This document shows, piece after piece, positions 12,500-23,929 of a DNA stretch of 64,000 bases. The notes below the pieces were generated by a model that worked only from the letters and a program-made list of their open reading frames with translations, made no database searches and had not been told where the DNA came from. Position 1 is the stretch's first letter, and every line of letters starts with the position of its first letter. This stretch comes from Anthoceros angustus. Taxonomy: Eukaryota; Plantae; Anthocerotophyta. The translations under genes were made by a program, and so were the position numbers. The stretch is taken from the NCBI GenBank assembly GCA_010909165.1, contig MU008169.1, forward strand, positions 1,550,001 through 1,614,000, read 5' to 3'.

Positions 12500-12656
12500 A
12501 GAAGAAGAAGAAGAATATATTTGAGTCCACTTAGACGGATTTTCAAGTCATAGACTTGGTACTTATCAATTTGTACCATGATGTGCCTAAGGTAGGTGCA
12601 CCCAGTGCATCCACGCCCTTGAGGCACCCCATCTAAGTACCGAAGATCAGGATGCA
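12500..12656 (-). mobile_element. Short retroposon copy C (5'-truncated)
   Basis: Reverse complement matches copies A and B and ends AGTGGACTCAAATATATTC(TTC)n. Confidence 0.7.
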
Positions 12657-13060
12657 CCAATTGCTCACATATGTCACAGCACACCATTGGCAACGATTCC
12701 AAATCTCTGTATACCTGTTCCATACTTTGATTAGCCAAACAAGAGTATGACCACAAGAGTAGTAAAATAATGTGTACCTTTAGGCAGACTGGGCAATACT
12801 TTTGCTTTAGAAACAATCTTTCACATGCATCACAGAAATTGTAACACGGAAACCACCTGCAACCAAACAAAAATCTTTCAAGTATTCGACTTTGAAGTTG
12901 ATGACTATGGGAATCAAGCAAGGTACACACGGAAATTTTAAGCAAAATGCTACTTTCAACAAGACGTAATTACAGAACATTACCTAAAACACAAAAGAAC
13001 ATGCATTATGGTATACCTTAAACTGATGCCACTTCCAGGAACAAGAGATCCACAGCTAGC
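12652..13060 (-). pseudogene. Three-exon fragment of a PHD-finger gene (At3g08020/At3g52100-like; KMT2-type PHD cassette)
   Basis: Exons ~13058-13017, 12856-12778 and 12714-12652 with GT-AG introns splice in frame to SCGSLVPGSGISLRWFPCYNFCDACERLFLKQKYCPVCLKVYRDLESLPMVCCDICEQLVH. Confidence 0.8.
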
Positions 13061-13292
13061 CATCCAAGTGATGTCTATCTGTCATATAGTTCTATAGATT
13101 GCATCGGACATTCTGCTGATTACCGGGTGTATTTAACCCTAGAACGCTGAATCTACTCGTATTGAGTCATTGAGCTCGCGTTGATATTGTGTTACACACG
13201 GGTTTCGCTTGGAACATTTGAGCAGCCGGGGTCTCGGCCACGTCAAATTTTACCGCACAGAAAACAAGCCTTCATAGCAATGTCCAGAGGCC

Positions 13293-13934
13293 TGTGAGGC
13301 AAGGGCGCCTCTCAAACGTATCAGGAGTGGCCAACCATCTTTAGCGCTCTCCTCCTGAAACAATGCCCCTCAGCAAACGAGATAATTTGGGAAGACAGAT
13401 TTGTGCAGAGGGATCAACCCGATGATCCAAGGAAGCCGTGATCCCTTCTGCCCAAGCTGTGACTTAAAAGCCACTCAAGCGGAGAGGATCAACCAGCTCC
13501 TCTTCCTCACATTAGTGTGAGTGGTAGTTGTCCTACCATCTGACTGTGGACGCTCCTCGTCACGTCCTACCAGCCTGTGTAGTTGTCTCACCCCACTGCC
13601 TCCTATTCGCCTGCCGATGGGCTCGTTGGAAGGAGTGCTTGGTTGAATAGTGGTCTTGTCCAATAGGCACTTGTGTGGGCTTAAGTCGCAGGTTGGATAC
13701 ATGCATTCTCCTTGTGCTCCATGTGGCCAGAGAATTAGAGCGAGGAGCTCTTGCGAGCAGCCCATCTGTATCATCGCTAGAGATTACAAGCTTATGTATG
13801 ACAAGTGTGTTTTTCAAAAGTGATGGGAAGGAGCTTGAGGAAGCCTGGCCAGTGTTGTCAGGCCGTATTGAATTTCAGTGATGTATGAGTGAAGGGCTGT
13901 CTGTGCTTTGCCCTAAAGTGAGAACGATATCACA
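13293..13934. mobile_element. Solo LTR (642 bp) with 4-bp target-site duplication
   Basis: Termini TGTGA...TCACA, flanked by GGCC at 13289-13292 and 13935-13938. Homologous to 2243-2979. Confidence 0.8.
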
Positions 13935-14219
13935 GGCCATACACCACAAGGATTCCTTCCGATACCTCTCAACCACGGCGTCCAAGTGTGGCTCTACGGG
14001 GAACGGGTTCTGCCCAGTACTGGTGCGAGGCACTTGGTCTAACCGAGTAGGGGCACGCCATTGTTCGAGACTCGGTTTGGATGGTTTGAGCTACCTCTTT
14101 GTAGCTCTTGGTAGGCTGCATATGACTCGCCCAACTATTGGAACTCTGGCAGCTTGACGGTCTCACTTTTCTGCTCTGGGGTCAGTTCATCTAAAAATTG
14201 CTCGGTTGGGGCAGCGCCC

Positions 14220-14990
14220 TAAAACCTCTTCAACACGGAAACATGAAAGCTCTTGCAGATGCACTAGCTAGCAGGCATGTTAAAACGCTACAAGTGACAT
14301 CTTCCTTGTGACACAGAATGGACCCACGTACTTGTAAGATAGCTTGGCTTTGCTCTCTTGCAGCTTAGAATACCTGTTTGGCCGCACTCGTAACCACACC
14401 CAGTCGCGGATTTCATGCTGCTCATCGCTTCATTTTTTGTTTGCATGTGTCGACCTCTACTGGTTGATAGCTCTCATCCGCAGGATGGCGTCTGCAAGGG
14501 CTTCTCGCATCTCTTTACTGAGCTGGGTCACGGCTTTTGGAACTCTCTGCAACGCGGGCCAGAGTCCTAGCAGCGGGATGTTGCAGCCATAGGTCATCTT
14601 GGAAGGCGAGTATCCCGGCGCAGAGTTTCTTGCCGAGTTGTAAGCAAATTCCGCCAGTGGGAGCATGTCTTCCCGCTTCCTTAAGCTTACTTGTCATGAC
14701 AATAGGGCCCCTGCAAAATTTTCATCGTTTGATTCATCTTCTCGTTTGTTCCATCAGTCTGCGCATGGTATGAACTTTTTTATCCCTTGCTTGATTCCAG
14801 GTGTCTTGCAGAGGGCGAAGGCGGACCATTACTTGGAAGTGAATTTCAAGTCTCTACCCGATATGATGAATGAAGTGGTCAGGTTGCATGCAGTGCCCCA
14901 GGAGATCATATCGGATAGAGACTCAAAGTTCAACTTGAAGTTCACTTCCGAGTTATGCAACTCAAGTTTATTGGATAGATGTGCAAAGTA
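14220..14990. mobile_element. Ty3/gypsy integrase remnant, internally rearranged
   Basis: Minus strand: LPLAEFAYNSARNSAPGYSP..YG and KLSYKYVGPF (GPF/Y motif). Plus strand: VVRLHAVPQEIISDRDSKF. Confidence 0.85.
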
Positions 14991-15099
14991 GCAGCCCATC
15001 TCAAGGGCCAGCACCCTGAGTCCTTAAGGCCATACGGAACAGAAGTACTGAATTAATGAACTAAACCACTAACTGTCAAGGTATTTTGGCTTGATCACA

Positions 15100-15625
15100 G
15101 CATGTTGCAAGGCAGACCTTGAAATCCAAACAAGTAGACTTAGCAGCACTGTGAAGTAGGAGCAACCTTAGCATAATGAAATGGGAGCTCGATGTATGAC
15201 AATAGATCGGAGAGTGGTACGTGGTCTTTGATTGCGCTGATGCGTGATTGGTCAATGCATGATTGGTGCATGGCTTGATTTCTTACAAGAGTGGTGCATG
15301 GTCTTGAGAAACTTTTGATCAGGAGTATCCAAAGAGTTCTCTTCGACAATAGCTTTTCAAGTGGTTTCCACCTTCACAATAACATGTTGCCCTGCAACTC
15401 ACTCTGTTGGATACATGTGAAAAGCAGCAGCCCCATCTCCAAATTGATGAAACCACAATATTAACCTTCAAGGTGTAATTCAGTGCATCAAACTCGCCCA
15501 GATCACAGCAGTTTGCAAGGAACACCTTGTACAAGCTGTTCCTTGCATTACATATAATGCTAACAAGTAGACTTAGCGGGGCACTGTGAAGTACGAGCAA
15601 CCTTAGCATAATGAAATGATAGCTC
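15100..15625. repeat. Dispersed direct repeat (~15100-15190 vs ~15500-15625)
   Basis: Shared AACAAGTAGACTTAGC..GCACTGTGAAGTA.GAGCAACCTTAGCATAATGAAATG. Confidence 0.75.
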
Positions 15626-15814
15626 AAAGAAACATGCCAAATCGATTGAAATGATGTCAACTGCAGCCCAAAGAAACCAGCTACCTACATTGTTGTAAGG
15701 GCTCGAATTGCTCCATGGCTCAGGACATCAACAAATATCGAGCTCATACAAGCAGAAACCCTAATGCTCATGAATGATGACACAATCACGCGAGGTGTGC
15801 AGCCAAAGAATACA

Positions 15815-16062
15815 GGCCTCACAAAAAGACGAACATCCAGAGCGGGCCAAGTTTGCAGATAGGAGTGCAGGCTCCAGAGACAAATCGATCGCCACAATGG
15901 TGAAGGGGGGGCAGGGTAGAAGCAGACTAGTGCATTCCTTGGCCTCACAAAAAGACGAACATCCAAAGTGGACCAAGTTGTAGACAGGAGTGCAAGCTCC
16001 ATAGACAAATCGAAGGCAATGGTGAAGAGGGGGGGGGCAGGGCAGAAGCAGACCAGTGCTCG
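15815..16062. repeat. 126-bp tandem duplication (diverged)
   Basis: Units start GGCCTCACAAAAGACGAACATCC at 15815 and 15941. Confidence 0.85.
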
Positions 16063-16534
16063 CTCATAAATGTCCTGCTCAAGGCCCACTGCAACAGCTA
16101 AGCAAGAATACCGTGACCAATGCCTCTCCTTCAGGCTGCTCCCTTGGATGAAAACGAACGTTGTTCCCCGTGATGTCCGCCCTCTCAAGGAACGAGAGCA
16201 GGCAATCCAATGAAAAACTCCTCCGGCAGCAATCCGATGGCATTGATGCCTCACTCGAATGCCTTTTATTTTTACGATTTATGATTTATAATTTATAATG
16301 ATATAACTAGGGTTTACCGGCTACAGGTGAGATGAGACGAGTGGGAGAAGGTAAAATGTGACCCTATCCAAACTCTCTAGTCTAGGTAGAGTCCCCCTAC
16401 TCTTCACATTCGGTGAGGTCCAGACAGTGTCGGCCTACCACCCGTTTTCACCCCCGCAGCTTGCAGCTTGTAGCTTGCATTGCCTTCACGCTCTGTTTCC
16501 CCCGCCGAGCTCGCTCTCAGTGCGTGGAGAAGCC

Positions 16535-18239
16535 ATGGCGATGGCGGTAGCGGCAGCGACTGCAGCTCCAGCCTTGAGCGCCGCGGCTTCGGCCGCTGTC
16601 TCCTCCGCCTCCTCCTCCGCCTCCACCTCTCTAGTGGCCGTGCCGCGCAGATTTTCCGGCCTCACCAGAAGCTTTGAGGCGCGCCTGGCTGTCCGAGTGC
16701 CTGTCCAGCGCAAGGGCCGCAGCGCCTCCCTCCAGGCCGTCTCCGCTGGCCGCAGGACTGTTGTGTCCGCCTACGAGGTAGGTTGCGGAGGAACGGATGT
16801 CGTAGAGGCGGCATTGTCGGCTGCTTGAGTGCAACGGCTGTTTGATCTGTGGAGTCTGTGTTGCGTAGCTAGATGTGACTTGAGTGCGTTGCACAGTTTC
16901 CTGGCTGGAGGAAATCCTTCGTCACGTGTTCTTGCAGCTGTGAGGGCCGCCTAGTAGCGTTTGAGGTGTGGAGGAAGGGGAAGAACGGCCGTTGTTCACA
17001 GCTGCTTGTCAGTAGTGATTACGATGGCTGAATCCTGGCTTGTGCGGACGCAGGCGGAATTCCCCTTGGTCGGCAATGTTGCACCAGATTTTGAGGCTGA
17101 GGCTGTGTTCGATCAGGAATTTGTGAAGGTAAGTTGCATCGTGCACCGCTGTTCCTTCGTTGCTCCGACATGAATTCCAAGGTATTCTTAAACATCGCAA
17201 AGGCACTCAATGCGCGAGGTGTTCGGTCTAACGCGCAGATCAAACTTTCCGAGTACATTGGTAAGAAGTACGTCGTGTTGTTCTTCTATCCACTCGACTT
17301 CACCTTCGTGTGCCCTACAGGTAACTCCGTCAGCTCTTCTGAGTGTTTTCTGGTAGCTTATTTCGAGAATGTGTCTTCACCGTTCAGAGAAATCGTTTAC
17401 AGTTTAGTCTCTGGATTGACGAGCTTGTCCTGCTCCATCCGCAGAGATCACGGCATTCAGTGACCGCTACTCTGAGTTTGAGAAGCTGAACACCGAAGTG
17501 ATTGGAGTGTCAACTGATAGCGTGGTATGTTTGTTCTCTCGCTTGTCGTGAAGGCCCAGACTGCAGTGCTTTTCCTTCAGGACTGAAATGTGTCTTTCAT
17601 GAGCTCGCTTCGAGGGCATGTGCAGCAGTGGTGCGACTTTGGATGCTTTTTGTGGCTCTAATATATCTCCCCTCGCAGTTCTCGCATCTTGCTTGGATCC
17701 AAACAGACAGAAAGTCTGGTGGTCTTGGTGATCTCCTGTTCCCCCTTGTTTCTGATTTGACGAAGTCCATCTCCAAAAAGTACCAGGTTCTCATTCCTGA
17801 CCAGGTAAGCTGAGCTGGTTTTTACTGTTTTCGACTCTGTGCTCATGGCTGAATCTGGGCGTGGGCTAATGAGTCTAGTTCTCTTGACAGGGTATTGCCC
17901 TCCGTGGGCTGTTCATCCTTGACAAGCAAGGTGTCATCCAACACTCAACAGTGAACAACGGGGCGATTGGCCGCAGTGTGGACGAGACCTTGAGGACTCT
18001 GCAGGTTTGTGTTTGAACGGGTTCTGGGGCGGCGTGGCTCGGGTCCTCTTCTCTGTGGCTGCACTACTGCTTCTAGTTTCTTTTTGTGCCCTAAAATGTT
18101 CTTCACGCGTTTGGTCGCTCAGGCAATCCAGTACACTCAGGAGAATCCGGATGAGGTTTGTCCCGCTGGCTGGAAGCCTGGGGAGAAGACAATGAAAGGA
18201 GATGTGAAGAAGAGCAAGGAGTACTTTGCTGCCATCTAG
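16535..18239 (+). CDS. BAS1: Plastid 2-Cys peroxiredoxin, multi-exon
   Basis: Ala/Ser-rich transit peptide, [35 protein letters not shown] (peroxidatic Cys) and [13 protein letters not shown] (resolving Cys). Confidence 0.97.
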
Positions 18240-18515
18240 GCCTTTCCATTAGACGCACACTAGTCGCGGCGAAAGCAGAGAATCACAATTTTGTGTGGAA
18301 TATGGAGTCCCTCCTGACCCTCGTCCACATCTGAGATTACGTTGCAAGTCCTGAGAACGTACCTATGTGTCTGCATGGACTTCAGCACCCTGCAAGACGC
18401 TGTTGGAAACTGAGAAAGCAAGCAAAACTGCCTCAACTTTTGGTTGGACGGCAACCCTACCCCCGCACATCGTCCCAGCCCTGCCTTCAAATTTGAGAGA
18501 TGACCGATGTTTGAA

Positions 18516-20250
18516 TCATAGTAGTCCGGGGGTCCTGGATGTGATAGACTTCCGTAAGATGGAAGGGAGGGGCTCTCTTTTCTCCTTGGTCCGCGTCAGG
18601 TTCTTACTGAGCTCAACAAACTTCCTGGGGGTGGTGGTGTCTTCTTCAGGGGGAGGAGTAGGAGGTAGGTTAAGGAGATCGTCATCGTCCCTCTTGAGAG
18701 GAGTGTCGTTCCAACAGTCTATCCTCCTGGGAACATTCTGGAACCTGTGCATGCAGAATCTCTGCTTAGGACGAGGACCCGCCATCCTCTCAGCCCAGTA
18801 ATCCTTGGCCAAGGTGTACGATTTTGTCATTTTCGGGTGGCTCAGCTTCCACAGATTATGTCTGCTCGCCTCATCATCAAACACTGGTTCATCCTTCTGA
18901 TAAAACATGTTCATTTGGATCCACTCATCGCCAAATTTGTTGTTGATCACGTCTGCGATAGGTGTAAGTCTATGGAAGCACATTCAGCACCATTAGATAC
19001 TACTACATGTATCGAGAAACATAGGGAAACATAGGAACTCATTAACTCCTGGGTATCTCATACTTCTCTGGGGGCTTGCCATAGATGTGATCCTTCTCCT
19101 TGTCCGATGGTAAAGGCTTGCCAGAGTTCTGTCAGGCGGCGAAACACAACAATAAGCTTGTTGACCAACCCCACTTGGAAGGAATGTACGCTTCTTAGTT
19201 CCAGGCTTCCCATTTACAGTCATACCAAAGGTTTACTTGGCGCTAGAAGCACAGGATGGGCCTTCCGAAACGCGCTCGCTTCAGCTGCTGTCTTAACCGC
19301 CCTGGCAAGTGAAGTATTGAATTCAGTACCGGCTGAAGTGTTTGAAGAAATTTCTAATCACAGATGTGAAACACACGCGTACATGTCCGCTGCAAGTTTA
19401 TTCATAGCCTCGTAATCTGGGCCCAAGAACTTGGTCTTATCGACAGGAACGTTCTCCAGGTGAATGATCACTGCGGGGACCAAGGCGACGGTCTCTCTCT
19501 GTCTCATCAAATGCTCATCATGGACAAAGCCAAGCCAAAACCCAAACATGTGACAGTAAAGCCAATGCAAAGATGAGGTTATTACTCCTTGGCTTTGTAT
19601 GCCATATCCTACGAAGATATGGGCCCACGCACAACAAGTCTGGGTCTGAAGAGGTGCAAATATTACCGATCAAGCCAAAGAAAAGCCTGAGGGCAACAAC
19701 ATAATTTGTGATGCATCTTTCATAAACCCTGTTGCCAGTTCTGGTATACAAAACATGATTGGTAGACTACTTCACTGGTATCCGAGAATGGAAACGAACA
19801 GAATGGGAAGTGTTGGAGGCTGTTCTACTACCATCGGCAACTCCTAAACCATGCGGAACTCGACAACCGTAGACGAAGCCCTCGTTTGGAAGCTTGTACG
19901 CAGCTGTCCTCGTCTACAGGAGGGTAGAAACCCGTGATCAGTGTCTGAACCAAGTACGCAAGGGGCACACTCGCATAAACAGCTTCCGCAGAATGATAGC
20001 AGCAGAGGCAGGATTGGCATTCTTCAACATGAAGGGCACTTTGAAGAGGAGGAGAGACGGACCCTGCCAAGCCAAGGCTTTTGAATGTTGGGATTCCTTT
20101 CCATCGAAGACCTCACTGCTCCCATTTTGGGGACTTCCCTTTCAGCGTACAGAGCATTGGCCCTCCCCATGACCGTCAGCTCAATCCGATCCACACTCTT
20201 GGGATGCAGTGAGCTCCAGCGCAGTCGTCCCTGATTTCTGCAATAAGGAA
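18516..20250 (-). pseudogene. Degenerate coding-like region of unknown family, with stops and frame changes
   Basis: A 155-aa ORF at 18516-18983 plus protein-like stretches upstream in alternating frames (e.g. LFKVPFMLKNANPASAAIILRKLFMRVCP; HWLYCHMFGFWLGFVHDEH). No family recognised. Confidence 0.25.
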
Positions 20251-20696
20251 AAATCTTGTAAGCTCGGATAGACCCTGATGTCTCCCCCCATGAAGCTATT
20301 CCACTATTTCAAAAGAAGATCCGACACAACTCTCGCTGTACCCTTATCTGTCACCAGACACCGCACACACCGAACTCAAGTTCTTACACAAGTCAGCTTA
20401 GAGAGCCTGCATTACTCGCACGCTCCCTTGTGACTTTCACTGGAATCTTTCTCTTCGACGGGGGGAAAGGTGCAAACGAGAGATTTCTGGAAGTACTGCT
20501 CCCAAAGGGCTCAACGCCTCGTGACGCCATGAACAGGTCGCTCCTGTACAACGCATCAAGTCTGGATCCAAAGGTCGTACAGACTACTGCCCCCAAAGGT
20601 CGGCCCTCTCACCGGAACAGTACCGACCTAACTGCCTTCCCGCTGATAATAATCTCCTCCACGTAGCCGGATCGCCAGCGTTCCACAAACACCAAG

Positions 20697-21812
20697 TCAG
20701 ATATCCAGATCGTCATCGGGGTCCTCATCCGAGTCGGGCATCTCATCATCAGAGTCCCTCAGGTAGTGAATCTCTCCAGCTCCCCCCGACTCCAAGCCGG
20801 AAGCACTGCCAACCTTGTTCAGTGACAAAGAAACGTCCCTCAGATCCATCACGTTGGCGTCCGCTCGGCCATCATAAATGCGCACATCTTTCCCCTCCCC
20901 TTGATGTTCAAACGGCAGCACAACCTTGGCACGATCTTCCAACTCCTTGTCACTCAGTCGGAGACTGAATTTCACCTCCAGACTCGCACCGCCACCACCT
21001 CCGCTCCTCCTACTGCCCAACTCCACGCCGGAGAACTTCACCTCTCCCTTCCTCACCTGGAACTCTTCAATATCCTCCCGGTACCTCCCATTCCGGCGCC
21101 TCTGCCGCACCCGAACCCTTCCACCAGACATGTTCTCTTCCAAAACTTTGGGCTTTCTCCCACCGGCCGCCAGGAGCAGGGGATGCGGCTCCACGTGCAC
21201 ATTCACGCTCGAGAGATAGGCCAAGGCAGCAACAGTCCTGGAATCGTGACACGCCGCCTGCACCAGCATCAGCACGGCAGAAATCTCCGCATGAGACCTC
21301 AAGGCACTCACAAACCCTGCCACAGCCGGGACATTCTCCCGCTGATACCTGAGCAAATCCGTGACAGAGTCAAGCACGACTGCAAATCGGCTCCCCGGCT
21401 GATGCGCAACCGCCGCCCTTCCCGCATCCATGACCGCAGCAGCAAACCCCTCTAAGTCCGCCATCTTCCGGCAAATCCTTCCCTCCGGCTTCGCTTCTCC
21501 TTCCTCTGCTCGCCCAAGGGCCTGCTCCCATCCCAGCGGATCTGAGAAACAATCCACCACCTGGAACCAGGATGCTCCATCCTCCGCTGCTGGATACCGC
21601 TGGTAGAGATGCGGAGGCGATGCCAGAGCAACAGCCACGACTCCCTTGGCCTGCGCCCGGCCAGCCGCGATGTTGCCGTGCAGAGACCGGAGGTAGTGGT
21701 GGAGGATGGAGCCAGCCCCCGCAGTCTCCAAGGTGGTTTGCAGCAGCACGATCGGGGCCTGCTCCCCGTCCAGCGCCCCGTCCCGCAAAACCCTTCCCAC
21801 GCTCTCCGACAT
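20697..21812 (-). CDS. ELP5: Elongator complex subunit 5, single exon
   Basis: 371-aa ORF with N-terminus RVLRDGALDGEQAP, KVVLPFEHQG and C-terminus DSDDEMPDSDEDPDDDLDI. Confidence 0.92.
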   Translation of the reverse strand: MSESVGRVLRDGALDGEQAPIVLLQTTLETAGAGSILHHYLRSLHGNIAAGRAQAKGVVAVALASPPHLYQRYPAAEDGASWFQVVDCFSDPLGWEQALGRAEEGEAKPEGRICRKMADLEGFAAAVMDAGRAAVAHQPGSRFAVVLDSVTDLLRYQRENVPAVAGFVSALRSHAEISAVLMLVQAACHDSRTVAALAYLSSVNVHVEPHPLLLAAGGRKPKVLEENMSGGRVRVRQRRRNGRYREDIEEFQVRKGEVKFSGVELGSRRSGGGGGASLEVKFSLRLSDKELEDRAKVVLPFEHQGEGKDVRIYDGRADANVMDLRDVSLSLNKVGSASGLESGGAGEIHYLRDSDDEMPDSDEDPDDDLDI

Positions 21813-22240
21813 AGCCGAAGCTCTCGACGGAGCCCGATTAGGGCAGAAGGAGCAGAAGTCTGAAGCTCCAGTCGGTTTTTAGGCAGCATGCGAAGACAGA
21901 GCTATGGTGCAAGGTCTTCCAGTGATGGATTCTGAAAGAAAGGAAGCCATTGTCTGACTGCTACGAAGGCACTCTACTTAGCTCTGGCTTCAAATGCTGC
22001 CTGAAATCCGAATTGCCGGTGAGAGCAGATGCTGTCAATGATCCTGAATGTTACACCAGGCATAGGCCGTCGTCTTAGTATCTCGTGCTGCCTATCAGGA
22101 CCCGGTCCGTTCTGTCGGTGGCTTGTAGAATGGTGGACTGAAATGCCTGCACCAGCCTGAGCAGGAAATCGTACTGTGTTCAGACTGCAGGAAGTGGATC
22201 CTCCGCATGCCGTTTTGATGGTTCTTGTGTGAGGATCGAC

Positions 22241-23929
22241 ATGGCTAGCCCGGGGAGGCTCCCTCTACGGCAATCACCATTTCTGGTGAAAGCTGTGATG
22301 CGCTCCCTGAGGTCGTCCTGGTTGCTGGAGCATTCGGAGAATGCATCTCTGCGCTGCCGAGAAATGCTAGGGCTGCCTCCGTGTAGAAGTTTTTTGGAGG
22401 CTGGGTTGGCGCCAAACCAGCGGATTGCTCATTCGAGGAGGTATGAAGTTTGTCGGGCCGACGGAGTGATTGGTGGGTTTGAGGTAACGAAGGTTGATAG
22501 AGCTCGAAATGGCTTTGGAGCTCCTGCTGGTCGAATCCGGTTTGGAATTCGATCCGGGATAATTTGTGTCCGAGAGGTAGGAACGTCCTCCCCCAACAGG
22601 ATAAATTGTATCCGAGAGGGAGGAACGTCCTCCCCCAGCATCCTCTCGGGAAGCGATGGAATTGCAAGTATTGATGACAAAGCCGACGGGACAGGGCCGA
22701 GAGCTTTGCAGGTTCCAGAATTGGAGCGGATGCTGCAGGAGCTTTTAGAGGAGGCGTCACCTGACTACACAAAGGTTGGCAAGGTATCATTAAACCTGGG
22801 ACTGGAATTGGGAGCCTCAGGTGCTGAGCCTGGCAAGGTGCTAGAGTTTGCGAATCGAGCACTGAATATCTTCGAAGAATCAGATAGTGATAGTATGGAT
22901 GTTGGGCTGTGTCTGTGTTTGGTATCGATAGTGTACCACCAGATGGGCCAGCAAGGCCGGTGCCTGGCCCACTTAAGCAGGGCTCAAAAGTTCCTGGAGA
23001 ACAAGCATGGCGAGGAGTGCAATAAATTAAAGTATGCTGTTTACTTTCTTTCTGGCAACGCCCTGATGGCTATGGGCATGTTTGCGGAGGCCCTTTCTCC
23101 CTACGCCATGGCTATTTCGCTTCAGGAAAGCATGGTGGAGGCTAACCACCCTCATTTGGCGAATACATACAGGCATGTGGCACAGGCTTACTCCAAGGCC
23201 TTGCAATTCAGGGAAGCTATTAATTTTGGCAACAAGGCTTTGGACGTAGATGTCAAGCATTTTGGTCAGGGTTCCATGGAGGAGGCTGTTGATCGTCGGC
23301 TACTCTCGACACTTCACAGTGCCATTCTAGACTATACCAAAGCTCTGGACCACCAGAGACGAGTCCTAGAGATTGTCAAGACCAGTGACAGCAGGGGCTA
23401 CGATGACATTGCAGCTGCCCACCTGAATATCAACCTTGGCAGGTAAATGTTCGTTTTAAAGCTTCTGATTACAAGCATTTGTGACCAAAGCTGACCATGA
23501 TATTTGCTTATCAGGTACGATGATGCCATTTCCTCTTTGACAGGTGCCAGATCTGATATGGTACCTGGTAGCTTGGTTTATTCCTTGGCATCTGTCTGTC
23601 TGGCCAAGGCTTATGTTCGGAAGAACAGGAAAAAGGAAGCGAAGAAGCTCTGTAATCAGGCGAGTTGCACTTTTGGAAAGCTTGCTGACTCGCAACCTGA
23701 TGGCCCTATTGAGGTCGCAGAAGGCTTGTCTCAGTTGGCTACGGTCTATGCGATGATGGATGAAACTGCTGATGCGATCAAGGCTTTAAAGCAGTCATTG
23801 ACACTTTCCGAAAGGATTCCGGGCCAGATACTGATGCTTTCGCTGTCTTTCACAACCTTGCTGGCTCCCTTGAGAGGTATGGTTTCAAATCGATGCCTTG
23901 ACGTATACTGTATGCTCGAGTATGTGTGA
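22241..23929 (+). CDS. TPR protein (kinesin-light-chain-related type, resembling At2g31240 from memory), apparently C-terminally truncated
   Basis: Large exon to ~23442 and second exon from ~23515 encode TPR helices: KVLEFANRAL, LANTYRHVAQAY, EAVDRRLL, EVAEGLSQLATVY. Start and end are uncertain. Confidence 0.7.
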
